Of a stretch of DNA of 64,000 nucleotides, positions 50,891-64,000 are shown in pieces. Positions within the stretch are counted from its first letter, which is position 1. The number at the start of each line of letters is the position of its first letter. Origin of the DNA: Mobula hypostoma (lineage: Eukaryota); the NCBI RefSeq assembly GCF_963921235.1, contig NC_086108.1:72976001-73040000 (forward strand). Direction: 5' to 3'. The notes beneath the pieces were generated by a model. It saw nothing but the letters and a program-made list of their open reading frames with translations. It ran no database searches and was not told where the DNA came from. Position numbers and translations under genes: made by a program.

Positions 50891-52624
50891 TTGAAACATT
50901 CTGCTGAGAGGTATTGACTTCGAACTTAACTCTGTATTCTTCATGAGAATTACTGCCCGCTCTTCTGATTATATCTTGTATTTTTATTTCAGCATCAGCA
51001 GTGTTTTGCTTTTGTGTTTCCCGGTACAGGGACTTGTCTTCTCTCTACCCTTCTCCCCTTCCCCTTCTGAGGTGCCCTGATGCCTGGCAGCAGGAATGGT
51101 AAGAGCAGAAGTTAGCTCTTCCCCGATCAAATACATCAGAACACATCAGGTGACTTTTGTCTTCTGTTAACGTTTTTTTTTTGGCAGTCGCTGAGGGGAA
51201 TCATTCTGAATTGATCTCTGCTTGATATGCATGATTAAAGCATTAAAACACTTGAATTAACAGTACTGATTGATGAGGCAGATTATCTTCGATATAGTCC
51301 GATCCCACAGTTCCCACTAAACCACACTCACTGGATACAAAGGGCTCTTGCCACAGACTGTACTCAGAGCTTCTGTGGATGTAGGCATGATGTTCTGTCA
51401 GGCTTCAACAAGAGGAGATGTTGGGGGATTACTCAACCTTGCATCAAAGTTGTGAAGCAGTTTAATTGCTAAATGTGTTTGATATTATGAGACATTCGAA
51501 ACAATTTTTTTAGCTAACTCTCAGATTAAGTAGTATAAGTATTGTTCTACCAAGGATTTCTTACAGAGTATATAACTTGGGATTTTGGTGAGTGTAGGAA
51601 AGGAGCACTGTGAAAAGAAACAATGGAAACATTCAGCAGGTCAGGCAAAACAGTGTTAAATGTTTGGGTGAGTGACCATCCTGGAACTGGATTCAGATTC
51701 ATTGATTTATTATTATTACGGAGGTGGTCTGATAAAAAGGTCATTGAGTCATAGAGAGATATAGCAGAGAACAGGTCTTTCCACCCACCAAAACTGCGCC
51801 GACCATCAACCATTCCTCTGGGCCAGTTCCTCAGATCGAAATGTACCTCTGATTCCACTTCAGAATTGCTCAACAGCCCACTGTGTATTTTAAGCATTTC
51901 TTGACTTCCAGCACCTTAAATAGTTTTCCTTTTAGAAAAAAAGAGCTGAGATTGCATCTTAAAGCATGTTAGTGTTGATTTAATAAGAAGAACTAGAGGT
52001 AGCATCACAAATCAAACATTTGAGAAACAGGAAAATGTCAAGGCTTTTCTTTATTGGCTGGCGAGTATTGCCATTCTTTGCACTCTTACATATGTTCATT
52101 CTAAGTTTTAATCCAGCAGTAAAATGTGACTAAATAGTCATCCTAAACTAGGTTAGATTATAATTACAAACATCCAGTTGAAACATAATTTAATTTGTAA
52201 TTATGATGAACACGTAAGGCAGGACTTGCTTTGTATCTGCAGTACATAAGAAATCATAGAAATCACAAGTCACCAGGCCCACATCTGCAGCTTCAAGTTC
52301 ATCTTAAGAGTTGATTAGCTTCAGATACCACAGCAAGGAAAAGATCACCTGAGCACATTTACAGGAAGCAATCACAAACCCCCCTCCCCCCACTGAACTT
52401 AAAAATTGAATATTTGGGTTGGTCAGAAGACAAAGTGTGACTACAACTGAGGCAGCTAGGTGGATCCAAACAAGTACATCATTCTTCCGGTCTGTGGATC
52501 AGTGTACATATTTGAAGGCAGAGTGAATAGCTGGAAATCAATGCAGCAGTGCAAAGAGCTATTCAAGTTCAGGCATCAGAAAGGGGAGGTAGTTGTTGTA
52601 GATCAGAGCATTGTTTGGGGTCTA

Positions 52625-55600
52625 GTCAAAGAAGGGACAGTAGATGTTGTTTACTTGGATTTTCAGAAGGCCTTTGACAAGGTTCAGCATGTGAGGCTGC
52701 TTAGCAAGGCCAGAAAGAGCCCATGCTATTACTGGTAACAAGTCAGTGTTGGGACTGCTTTTCATGTGTACTTCAATGATTTCAGTGGCGGAATTCATGG
52801 CTTTCTGCTTTGTTGCAGGTGATATGAAAATAGGTGGAGGGGCAGGTAGTGTTGAGGAAGCAGGGAGTGTGCAGAAGGACTTAGACAGATTAGGAGAATG
52901 GACAAAGAAGTGGCAGATGGAATTGAGTGTAGAGAAGCATATAGTTATGCAATTTCCTAGAAGGAACAAAGGTGTAGATATTTTTCTAAATGGAGAGAAA
53001 ATTCAAAAATCAGAGATGTAAAGATACTTGAGAGAGGACTAGAATATAAAAGCAAGGATGTAATGCTGAGGCTTTATAAGGCATTGGTCAGAACACATTT
53101 GGAATACTGTGAGTAGTTTGGCCCACTTATCTAAGAAGAGATTGCATTTGAGAGGGTCCAGAGGAGGTTCACAAGAATGATTTTGGGAATGGAAGGATCA
53201 ACATATGAAGAGTATTTGATGGCTCCAGGTCCATACTTGCAGGAGTTTAGAAGAATGAGGGGAAGGATCTTATTGAAACCTATCAAATATTGAAAGACCT
53301 AGTTAGAGTGGGTGTGGAGAGGATGTTTCCTATAGTGGGGAGTTTAACACCAGATGGCATAACCTCAGAATTGAGGAAAAGCCATTTAAAACATAGATAA
53401 GGATGAAATTCTTTAGCCAGAGGGTAGTGAATTTATGGAATTAATTGCCACACATAGCTGCAGAGGTTAAGTCTTTGGGAATAATTGAAGCAGAGGTTGA
53501 TTAGTCAGGGCATCAAATGTTATGGTGAGAAAGCAGGAGAATAGGGTTGCGAGGGATAATGAGTCAGCCAAGATGGAGTCGCAAAGTAGGCCTAATTCTG
53601 CTCCTATGTCTTATAGTTTTATAGATGCATGTGCAAGTGAGAGTCCAGAAGGCCATCCTGCTTGCTCACTGCTAGGATTAGGGATATCTCTTTGGGAAAT
53701 GAAAGGGGGAAATAAGAAGGAGGGAAATGATCCAGTTGTTATCCATGTACGTATCAATGACATCAGTAAGTCAAGAAAGAGTGATTCTGTTGATAGAACA
53801 GCAACAGCTAGGATTTAAATTAAAAAGGAGAGCCACAAACATGCTAGTGCTGGATTACTACGTGTGGCACGTGGAATAGCATGCCACAGGGTCAACGAGA
53901 TCAGGAAAGTTGAATGCATGGCTGAACAATTCGTGTGGAAGGTTTGGGACTTAATTCATGTGTGCTGGCACCAGTATTGGGGGAAATAGAAGCTCTTCTG
54001 ATGTGATAAATATCCTGGACTATATGTTCAGTGGAGGAAGAGGGGGCTGTGGTGAGAATCTAAGGTGAGGAAAGATTTGGAAAGTCAGGCAGAATGTTGA
54101 AAGTAATAGTGCAGGGTAGTAAAATGAATCATAAGTTACAGGTAATTGTGGAACAAGGGACAGAATTTCTGTAAATGAAGACACAGAAGGAAGAAGACAA
54201 CATTCATGGCTTTTTATTATTCTTGCGGCTTTCAGAATGAAGTAAATGACACAAATTGATGTAAACACATAACCTTTACAGAGACATGTTTTACAAGATG
54301 ACTGAAGCTGAGAACCAACTTCTGGAAACCAGGATACATGACATTCAGACAGATAAAATTGAAGTGGAGTTGGGGGATAAACTCTGAAAATGAGAATCAG
54401 CACTAATGAGAAATAACTTGGTGCAGATGATCAGAGGGAATGTGTGGTCAGTCACTTTGGTAAAGAAACTGAAAGGTAGTACAGGGTATATTTTTTTAAT
54501 GGTTAGATATTTGAAGAGGGATCTGGGTATCCTTTAACACAAATCATTAAAAATAAACATGCAGCAAGCAACAGGGAAGGTAGATGATACACTGTCCTTT
54601 AGTACGAGAAATAATAACAATAGAGTATTTTAGTACAAGAGTTAAAATATTTTGCTCAAGTTATATAGGGTCCTGGTGGGACTGTATCAGGGCTGGCCGC
54701 TCAGCCTAAAAGGGTCCAGCCGTGATGGAGGAAGTGCAGTGAAGATTCACTGGATTGATTACTGGGAGGATACGTTTGTTGCTCACAATCATAGGAGAGC
54801 CTAAGGTTATTGGATCTATGCTGCCTCACGTTTAGAATAATGAGAGGTGATCTTGTTAAAATGCACAAATTTCTTACTGGGTTTGATGATAAATGTGGAG
54901 CTGATGTTTCCTTTGGTTGCAGTGTCTGAACCACAAACTCAATACAGAGGTTAATGATTCAAGACAGATACGGAAATTTCATTCAGATGGTAGTGAATCT
55001 TTAAACTTCACTTGCACTTCTTTAAACTTCACTTGCAAGAGTGCTGTGAAGGCTTGTGGTTGAGTCCACTTAAAATGGAGATTAGTGATTTATTTTGTAA
55101 ACAGTAACAGAAATGCGAGGTATGGATATATTTCAGAGACAAGGCACCAGAAGTAAAAGATCAGTTGAGTGGTGAAGCAAATGCAAGGATCTGATTGAGC
55201 TTCTCCAGATTATATTTTCGTTGTTTTTTATCTTCTCCAAAGCTGATTCCACTTAAGAAATAATAAGGGAAAGTTGTAATGTTTGGGTCTGCTTCGCTCC
55301 TAACTAACTACACATTAAGATTAGAAATAAAGGGAACCCACTAGAAAGGTGCTGCAATAATCATGGGTGACTCTAACATTTGTATAGATTGGATGAATTC
55401 ATAGAATGTATTTGGGATAATTTCTGAAAACAATACATGAGCAACCAATAAGGTAGTGTACTATTTTGAATATGGCCATTTCTAAAGAACAGGATTAATT
55501 TATTAATGATTTCATAGTAAAGGATTGCCTGGGGAATAGTAATCATAATATACATTTCTTTCCCCTTAAGAAGCAGGTCTAAAAATATAGTGCATCAGAA

Positions 55601-56000
55601 TTTAAGTAGTGGCAATTACAAAGGTAGATAAGCACAGTAAGTCAAATGAACGAGGAAAGTAGATTAGAAGATAATGTAGTAGGTAAACAGTTGCAAGAGT
55701 TTAAGATATTAAATAATTGTAAAGACTGAAAAGAATACCCATACACAATTCAGGCCAATATCAAATTAACAGGAAATGTGTATGTTATTTGGAAGATCAG
55801 TACTAGGCTGGAAGATTAGTAAGTTCTAAAATTTTATTTTGAAGATTCTTTTAAAAAAAAGAGAAAAGCAGATGATGGAATTTAACTTGCAATCTATATA
55901 GAGTAAAAGATTCGAGAAGTATAGAAAAAGGTGAATTGCCATTAGTACATTGCAATGCAAGTCTTGGGAAGTAATAATTGGAAATGTATGTATCTTCAGG
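52625..56000 (+). mobile_element. Tandem CR1 fragments, one moderately young (52625-53625) and older degenerate ones
   Basis: VDVVYLDFQKAFDKV, QKDLDRLGEW and ORF1 VVIHVRINDI remnants. Confidence 0.75.
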
Positions 56001-56376
56001 GTAAAAAAATACCAAAAAAAATTTTTCTACTCAAGCTCATACTCCTGCCTTCTCCCCATAACTGATGCCCATACTAATCAAGAACTCCACTTTAAGTATA
56101 CACAATAACTCTTCTAAATTCAGTAGAATACAGGCCATGACTACCAAATCATTCCTCGTAGGCAAGGCTGCCACCCCCAGGACCAGTCCAGTGAATCATC
56201 ACTGTGTTCTCTGACAATTACCCCTTTTTAGTGAAGTAGACCAATGCTGTGATCTTACCTAGACCTTGTATAATTGCTACAGTACGTCTTTACTTCTTAA
56301 CTCAAACCATTAGACTTCTTAATCACATGTTGCACTTGCCTGTTAGCTTTCAGTGATGTTTGTGCGAGGACAGTTA

Positions 56377-57111
56377 AGGATGATTTATACTTGTGTGTAC
56401 TAGCTTATGCCGTAGCCTACACAAGTGGGCTACACTGTTGTGAGCATTTATACTTGTGTGTTGGTGTGTCTGCGTCGCCCTGCAATTCACCGTCAAAAGG
56501 CTAGTTGGCGGTGGGGTTTCTATGCCACTGTGTTGAGTTTCTTTGTGTTGAAACTCAAACTTCAAGCAATGGCGACTGAAACTGAAGGAGGGTGAATTTT
56601 CTGTGCTTGTCCGGCCACTGAGAGACACGGACGAGGAAATGCATTTCAAATATTTTCAGATGTCGGCAGGTAGATTTGACAATTTGGTTCATCGTCTCCA
56701 ACCATTTATTTCGCATCAGTGTACGCACAGTATACTCTGAGACTGGCAATCACCATTCGAGTTTTAGCTTCAGGTGGAAGTCAACAAGCTGTAGCAGCTA
56801 GCTACAAACTGGCGTCAAGCACAAGGTCCTCCATAAATTTGGAGGTCTGTAAAGCTGTAAAGCATTGCAGCCAGAGTTCCTTCCCTGCCCTTCAGTCGCC
56901 CAATGGCAAGCTATTGCAGCGTAGGAGGAAATGCGATGCTACCAAGCAGACCATTCACAGTTGTTGTGGTCTGCGACGCCACGATGCGTAGTTAAATTTT
57001 GGGAGAGGTGCGCGTTAGGCTACGGCGTAGGGTTCAGCGTAGATACAGCGTAGGGTACGCGGGTACGCCGTACCTACGGCATACATTTGATGCACAAGTA
57101 TAAATCAGCCT
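56377..57111 (+). mobile_element. PIF/Harbinger DNA transposon deletion derivative, nested in an old minus-strand CR1 (about 56030-58370)
   Basis: TIRs aggatgatttatacttgtg and aggctgatttatacttgtg (18/19). TTA TSD at 56374-56376 and 57112-57114. Nuclease N-terminal remnant [16 protein letters not shown]...RLAITIRVLASGGSQ...YKLASST. Confidence 0.88.
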
Positions 57112-58462
57112 TTAGGCTACTTTTAACATCAGCATCACCCAACTCTTGCCATTTTCTTTATATTCTGCTTTTCAAATTTTAGTCACTATTGTAGATAATG
57201 TCACATTTATTGGCATTATTTTGTGTCTGCCACGTTCTTGCCTGCTCAATTAACTTTTATTGGTCAGACTGCACTTGGAGCATTGTAAATAGTTTTGGGC
57301 CTAGTTTGGGGAGAAGGCGGAGGAATGGTGTTGAGACCATGATGGAATGGTGGAGCAGACACAATGGGCTAAATGTGCTAATTCTGTTCCCATGTCTTGT
57401 GGTCCATGTTCCTTGAAGCCTTGACATCCTCCTCCTAGCACCCACACCACACCAACCAAATTTGGTATCATCAGTACATTTGCAAATCTGACATTTTGTT
57501 CCCTTAGCTAAATCACTAATATAACATAAATAGCTAGGGCCCAAGCACTGATCCCTGTGACCCACCACTATTCAAAGCCTGCTCTACTTTCTGTCTGATA
57601 ATAAATTCTCTTTCCATACCAGTATATTACTCCCAACTCCTATCCTCTTTGATCAAACTACAAAAAGGGACCATATCAAAAGCCTTCTGAAAATTTAAAT
57701 ACACCATATCCACTAGTTTCCCTTTATATACTCACATCATCAAAGAACTCCAATAAGATTAGTTAAACATGATTTTCCTTTCAGAAGTGCTTGCTGGTCC
57801 TGCTCAATACTGTCAATTCTTTCAAGGCATTCTGCTATTACCTCATTCATTACAGATTTCAACATTTTCACAGCTACTTCACACTTACACTTGGGTAGAT
57901 CCTCTTTCTCTTTCCCCCTTCAATAGTTGGGTTACATTTCCTTCTCTCCAGCCCAATTCCTGGATTTTCACAATTTTGGAAGGTGATAACTGGAGGGGTC
58001 ACTGTCTCTACATCCAAGGCTCTTGAAAGAAGTGGTAATGGCTCATCTGTTCCTTGAAATTTATTGACTTTTAGTCTACCTAAATTCTCTAGTTCTTTTT
58101 CTAAAACCATCACATATTTTCTTTATTTCTTCATTCTTGATAGATTTTTCTGCAGTTCTGGCAGATCTGTTACATCCTCATTGATACAGTAGTTGTTTAA
58201 TTCCTCTGCAATTTCCCTATACCTGAATATAAATTCTCTCGTCACTGGTTGTAAGTACCTCATATTTATCCTTGCTGTTCTTTTTCTTTTTAGATACTGT
58301 TAGAAGCTTTCATGGCCTCTTTTTTTTTGTTTCTTTCCATGTTGTCTCATATTTTATCTAGCCTTTCTATATCAAAAAAACTTACATTAGATTAGCACAG
58401 ACTTATTAAGTTTATTCCTGATTTCAGAAGGATGTCTTATTAAGAAAAGATCAAGCAGATTG

Positions 58463-59002
58463 TGTGCAGTTTTGGTCTCCCGGGTTAAGGAAGGACATCC
58501 TGGCTGTGGAGTAGGTGCAGCGGAGGTTCACTAGGTTAATTCCTGGGATGTCCGGACTGTCTTACGCAAGAGGTTAGAGAGACTGGGCTTGTACATGCTG
58601 GAATTAAGGAGATTGAGGGGGGATCTGATTGAGACATGTAAGATTATTAAGGGATTGGACGAGATAGAGGCAGGAAATATGTTCCAGATGCTGGGAGAGT
58701 CCAGTACCAGAGGGTATGGTTTAAGAATAAGGGATAGGTCATTTAGGACAGAGTTGGGGAGGAACTTCTTCTCCCAGAGAGTTGTGGAGGTGTGGAACGT
58801 GCTGCCTCAGAAGGCAGTGGAGGTCAATTCTCTGGATGCTTTCAAGAAGGCGCTAGATAGGTATCTTATGGATAGGGGAATCAAGGGTTATGGGGACAAG
58901 GCAGGAACCGGATATTGATAGTAGATGATCAGCCATGATCTCAGAATGGCGGCGTAGGCTTGAAGGGCCGAATGGTCTACTTCTGCACCTATTGTCTATT
59001 GT
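58463..59002 (+). mobile_element. Young 5'-truncated CR1 with 7-bp TSD, inside an older CR1 (about 58420-59400)
   Basis: CAGATTG at 58456-58462 and 59003-59009. ORF 58589..58918 ends IKGYGDKAGTGY*; tail is (CTATTGT)n. Confidence 0.9.
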
Positions 59003-61772
59003 CAGATTGGACCTATATTCTTTGGAATTTGGAACAGTGAGAGGTGACTTTACTGAAACATAAACGAGATTCCCAGCAGGATTAATTAGATAGATGGTGA
59101 AAGATTTCTTCCCTCCTTGTTGGGGAATCCAGAACTGGGCCCATGTTTCAGAAAAAAGGGTCACCCAATAATTTGGAAGAATTGTTGTTCCTAAAATGTA
59201 TTGCATCTTCAGAATATTCAGCCACAGAGGGCCATGGAGATTGAATCATTAAATTCACTTCAGGTTGAGATGGCTTTTGGGACAGTAAGAAAGTTGAAAG
59301 TCATGGGGCACATGCAGGAAAGTAGAGCCAAGATCAGATTAGCTATTATTTGAATGGCAAAGCAGGTTCGACGGACCATATGGTTTACTCCTGCTTATGT
59401 TTCTCAGTTTAAAAAAAAATGAAAACAAACCAATTAACTCCCTGTATTTCATAGGAAGAGTGTTGCCATTCATCCATTCCTAGCCCTACACTGGGTTTGA
59501 CTTGACAGTTGTATATGTCACTCAGTAAAACCCAGATTTAGCAGGTCGAGACTGACTTCCGTAAGGAATGTCTGAAATCTTAAATTCCCTTTAGAACCAT
59601 CAGCTTGTAACACAAAAATAATCACATATTTTTCTTAGCTTCTTGTTCTGAACACTCCTTGGTAAGTAGGTTTCTGTTTATGTCAGACAACTGTCTACTC
59701 AAACAAAATCATGTCTTAGTAAATCTGATGGCGCATCTGCCCTACAGTCACTTATCACTTGCCTAGACGTAACATCCTATAAATAGATGATTCATTATTA
59801 CAAGAAGCATATTTTCATAGCTGATGTTTAACAGTGGAATAAAATATGCCAAAGGTTAATTAGAACATCATTTAATAGGACAACGAGTCCTAATTCAATT
59901 AAGTACATTGGTAGCTTTTCACAACCATTATGTTGGTTTGAACCTGGAGTCTTCAACTATTATATTAAACAGAAGAGGGAACGGGTTTAATTGAAGCTCT
60001 GCCTGTTACAGCTCTACATTTAACATTACTCCAGTGAGTGAGTCAGTTTAAAATGGTAAATGAGTTTTTTAATTAAGGAACTAAATAAACAAGAAAAAGG
60101 AGGGTGCTATCCGGGTAAATATAACAACACTATTTCAAAGTAAACGTGATTGTGGGTCCAGAAAAAATAAAAATACATTTAAAACATGAAATTAATATAA
60201 TTAAGTATTGCATTCACCTAGAATACAATTTTAATTTTTGCTACTTGTCCAGCATATCTTTTTTTTACTTAGAGATGAAAATGTAATGTAACAACAAAAT
60301 ATTCTGAAGTGCTGTCTACATTTCAGTAAAAACTTGAGTTTAATATTCTGGAGTAAAATCATTCTTTTTTGTCGAGATTAGTATAGAATTCAAATGAGCT
60401 TCTAAGGAAATTTACTACTCCGTACGCTCCTTTTCAATAAATGGTTTACTGTGCGAACACTATATGACATTCATGGAAGAAATAATCCTCTAATTTAATA
60501 ACATACAAGAGCACAATTAGCACTAGGTTTTCAAATCCTCTAGCCTGGTTCTCCTATTCAATAGGATTATATCTCATCACTACCTTGTGATTGTATTGGG
60601 TTAACTGACCGCGAAGTTCTAAATTCAAACAAAGATCTTAAGCCTTATTGGATATAAATAGCCATGAGTTCTTTCTTTAAAGGGAGATTTTACTGTAACT
60701 AACCAATCTTCAAAGACTAGTTTATTCTCCATGATGAGTTTAGCTACCAATATCCACTATTTGAGTGGGGGGTTCCCCCCACCCCCACCATGGAACAGAT
60801 AGTTCCATCTAACAAAGTAGTTGAAAACATAGTTCATTTATTTTTAGTGATGCATGTTTAAATCAAATTAACACTTTTCAAACACAAAAAGGATTTCTAT
60901 CTCAAAAAACATTACCAAATTACAAAGAATTTCTAAACACAAACCATTTCTAACATACAAAGGATTTCCAAAACACAGTTACAATTCCTATAAACTAAAA
61001 AGGCATACCAATGATGCAGACAAATCAATTGTCCATCACAGAAATAGAAGACAGAGGAATGGATTCTAGTTCACCCCATGTTTCTTTCATATTTCTTGAC
61101 GTTCCTTACCTCATCCCGAATAACCTTGAACAGTTCTCTACATTTATACCCTTTTTCTGCTCCTTGAGTGACTTCACGCATATATGATATTTACTCTGAT
61201 ACCTTTTTTTACACAAAATGTCTGAATGTTTTTTGGAGACACAGTCTCAGCTACCCACAGGTAATGCTGTAAAGCTAACTTCTCTGAGTATATAAACTTT
61301 TGAACTATAAAGGCATCAGTTATTTGATATGCAAAATGATATTATCCATCTGGTCTGCAAACTTCCATGAACTAAGCAACTTAGTCAGCTTGTTCGTTTT
61401 AAAACAAGCCAAATTAAATAACCCATTGTCTTAAACTGCACCTCCAGAGATGCAATAAACCAGGTGTTGTGGGTTAATCGTTTGCTCCATAGACCAAGCT
61501 TGTTTGCAAAGCTGTGGTTTAACTTCAAGCTGCCTTCCATTTACATTTTAAGAACCGAAGACTGGCTTCCATTTACGCCCAGAAGTTAAACAATGTTAGT
61601 TAGAAGTTTACTTACAGCTCTTTGATCTTACATGTGGTAGCTGTTGTATTTAGAAAGCCGAGCTTGGCAAAACATGATGCCCCTAGGCCCAGGAAACTAA
61701 TATCCATCACAACCTCAAGTTCGTTCTACCTGAAATTGCCATATCCTTGATTCTCCATTGATCTTAGCTTAA

Positions 61773-62187
61773 AACATAGAACATAGAACATAGAATAGTA
61801 CAGCACTTTACAAGCCCTTCGGCCCACAATGTTATGCCGACCCTCAAACCCTGCCTCCCATATAACCCCCCACCTTAAATTCCTCCATATACCTATCTAG
61901 TAGTCTCTTAAACTTCACTAGTGTATCTGCCTCCACCACTGACTCAGGCAGTGTATTCCATGCACCAACCACTCTCTGAGTAAAAATCCTTCCTCTAATA
62001 TCCCCCTTGAACTTCCTGACCCCTACCTTAAAGCCATGTCCTCTTGTATTGAGCAGTGGTGCCCTGGGGAAGAGGTGCTGGCTATCCACTCTATTCCTCT
62101 TATTATCTTGTACACCTCTATCATGTCTCCTCTCATCCTCCTTCTCTCCAAAGAGTAAAGCCCTAGCTCCCTTAATCTCTGATCATA
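61773..62187 (-). mobile_element. CR1 3' fragment
   Basis: (AACATAG)n tail; TRGHGFKV...FTQRVVGAWNTLP. Confidence 0.85.
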
Positions 62188-63812
62188 ATAGTAATAGTCA
62201 TACTTTATTAATCCCAGGGGAAATTGGTTTTCGTTATAGTTGCTCCATAAGTAATAATTAGTAATAGAACCATAAATAGTTAAATAGTAATATGTAAATT
62301 ACGCCAGTAAATTATGAAATAAGTCCAGGACCAGCCTATTGGCTCAGGAAGTCTGACCCTCCAAGGGAGGAGTTGTAAAGTTTGATGGCCACAGGCAGGA
62401 ATGACTTCCTATGACGCTCTGTGCTGCATCTCGGTGGAATGAGTCTCTGGCTGAATGTACTCCTGTGCCCACCCAGTACATTATGTAGTGGATGGGAGGC
62501 ATTGACCAAGATGGCATGCAACTTAGACAGCATCCTCTTTTCAGACACCACCGTGAGAGAGTCCAGTTCCATCCCCACAACATCACTGGCCTTACGAATA
62601 AGTTTGTTGATTCTGTTGGTGTCTGCCATCCTCAGCCTGCTGCCCCAACACACAACAGCAAACATGATAGCACTGGCCACCACAGACTCATAGAACATCC
62701 TCAGCATCTTCTGGCAGATGTTAAAGGACCTCAGTCTCCTCAGGAAATACAGACAGGTCTGGCCCTTCTTGTAGACAGCCTCAGTGTTCTTTGACCAGTC
62801 CAGTCTATTGTCAATTCGTATCCCCAGGTATTTGTAATCCTCCACCATGCCCACACTGACCCCCTGGATGGAAACAGGGGTCATCGGTACCTTAGCTCTC
62901 CTCAGGTTTACCACCAGCTCCTTAGTCTTTTTCACATTAAGCTGCAGATAATTCTGCTCACACCATGTGACAAAGTTTCCTACCGTAGCCCTGTACTCAG
63001 CCTCATCTCCCTTGCTGATGCATCCAACTATGGCAGAGTCATCCGAAAACTTCTGAAGATGACAAGACTCTGTGCAGTAGTTGAAGTCCGAGGTGTAAAT
63101 GGTGAAGAGAAAGGGAGACAAGACAGTCCCCTGTGGAGCCCCAGTGCTGCTGATCACTCTGTCGAACACACAGTGTTGCAAGCACACGTACTGTGGTCTG
63201 CCAGTCAGGTAATCAAGAATCCATGATATCAGGGAAGCATCCAACTGCATCGCTGTCAGCTTCTCCCCCAGCAGAGCAGGGCGGATCGTGTTGAATGCAC
63301 TGGAGAAGTCAAAAAACATGACCCTCTCCGTGCTCGCCGGCTTGTCCAGGTGGGCGTAGATACGGTTCAGCAGGAAGACGATGGCATCCTCAACTCCTAG
63401 TCGGGGCTGGTAGGTGAACTGGAGGGGATCTAAGTGTGGCCTGACCATAGGCTGGAGCAGCTCCAGAACATGTCTGTCCAGGGTCTTCATGATGTGGGAG
63501 GTCAATGCCACCGGTCTGTAGTCATTGAGGCCGCTGGGGCGCGGCGTCTTCGGCACAGGGACGAGGTAGGACATCTTCCACAATACAGGAACCTCAGGCT
63601 CAGGTTGAATACATGGCGAAGTGCTCCACATAGCTGAGGGGCACAGGCTTTGTGCACCCTGGACTGACACCATCCGGTCCTGCAGCCTTGCTTGAGTTGA
63701 GACGTTTCAGCTGTCTTCTCACCTGTAGAGCTGTGAAGCCCACCGTGGTGGTTTCATGTGGGGAAGTGGTATAGTCATGAGAGCAGAGTGGGGGACTGTG
63801 AGGAGGGGTAGG
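62188..63812 (-). mobile_element. Young Rex1/Babar LINE, 5'-truncated, with open RT and C-terminal region
   Basis: ORF 62336..63673: NDYRPVALTSHIMK, FFDFSSAFNTI, GAPQGTVLSPFLF, KFSDD, LNVKKTKEL, YKYLG, LYFLRRLRSF. The first ~27 aa are out of frame because of indels near 63595-63660. Confidence 0.92.
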
Positions 63813-64000
63813 AAAGCTAACACCCCATAAACTTTCTTAACTACCTGTGAGGCAACTTTCAGGGATCTGTGGACATGAAGATACTTATCAACTAAATATC
63901 CACAGTCATTTTGGGGAGAATTTCAAAGATTCACAAGCTTGTTATTTCTTACCTCAGCTCCTAAGTATAAAGTCTCCTGTCCTCTAGTTCTTGTCTTTTC

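Noticed and set aside
55000..55037. Local duplication ctttaaacttcacttgca x2 (similar: aatggtagggg x2 near 41562)
   Set aside because: Simple slippage duplications inside dead CR1 copies.
56719..56991. HARBI1-like host gene
   Set aside because: Short frameshifted remnant enclosed by TIRs and a TSD, so a transposon derivative.
62336..63673. 445-aa reverse transcriptase ORF as a retron, DGR or domesticated host gene
   Set aside because: Motifs, 3' tail, 5' truncation and upstream frameshifts identify an ordinary non-LTR retrotransposon copy in a vertebrate genome.

Overview
Eukaryotic vertebrate DNA, AT-rich and repeat-dense. The repeat content (CR1-dominated, with V-SINEs, Rex1/Babar LINEs and Penelope palindromes) suggests a cartilaginous fish, probably a ray; this is inference. 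Bases 354-8521 (+) hold the last seven coding exons of PIK3R3 (PI3K regulatory subunit p55-gamma: end of nSH2, iSH2, cSH2). All introns are GT-AG and the exons splice into one frame of 356 codons plus stop. A roughly 6 kb transposon-free putative 3' UTR follows, ending at poly(A) signals near 14.44-14.50 kb. Most of 15.3-59.4 kb is nested transposable elements: CR1 LINEs of several ages, Rex1/Babar LINEs, a decayed Gypsy/Ty3 LTR element, a full-length dead Tc1 transposon, and Tc1, Tigger and Harbinger deletion derivatives. Near the right end are a young Rex1 copy with a long open RT frame and a repeat-free island that may be the 3' end of a convergent minus-strand transcript. I found no convincing novel biological system. 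The most interesting signals are degenerate Penelope-type hammerhead ribozyme motifs in PIK3R3 introns, the long 3' UTR, the nesting chronology of the elements and the possible unannotated transcript. Family calls come from motif recognition, not database searches, and repeat boundaries are approximate unless a TSD or TIR is quoted.
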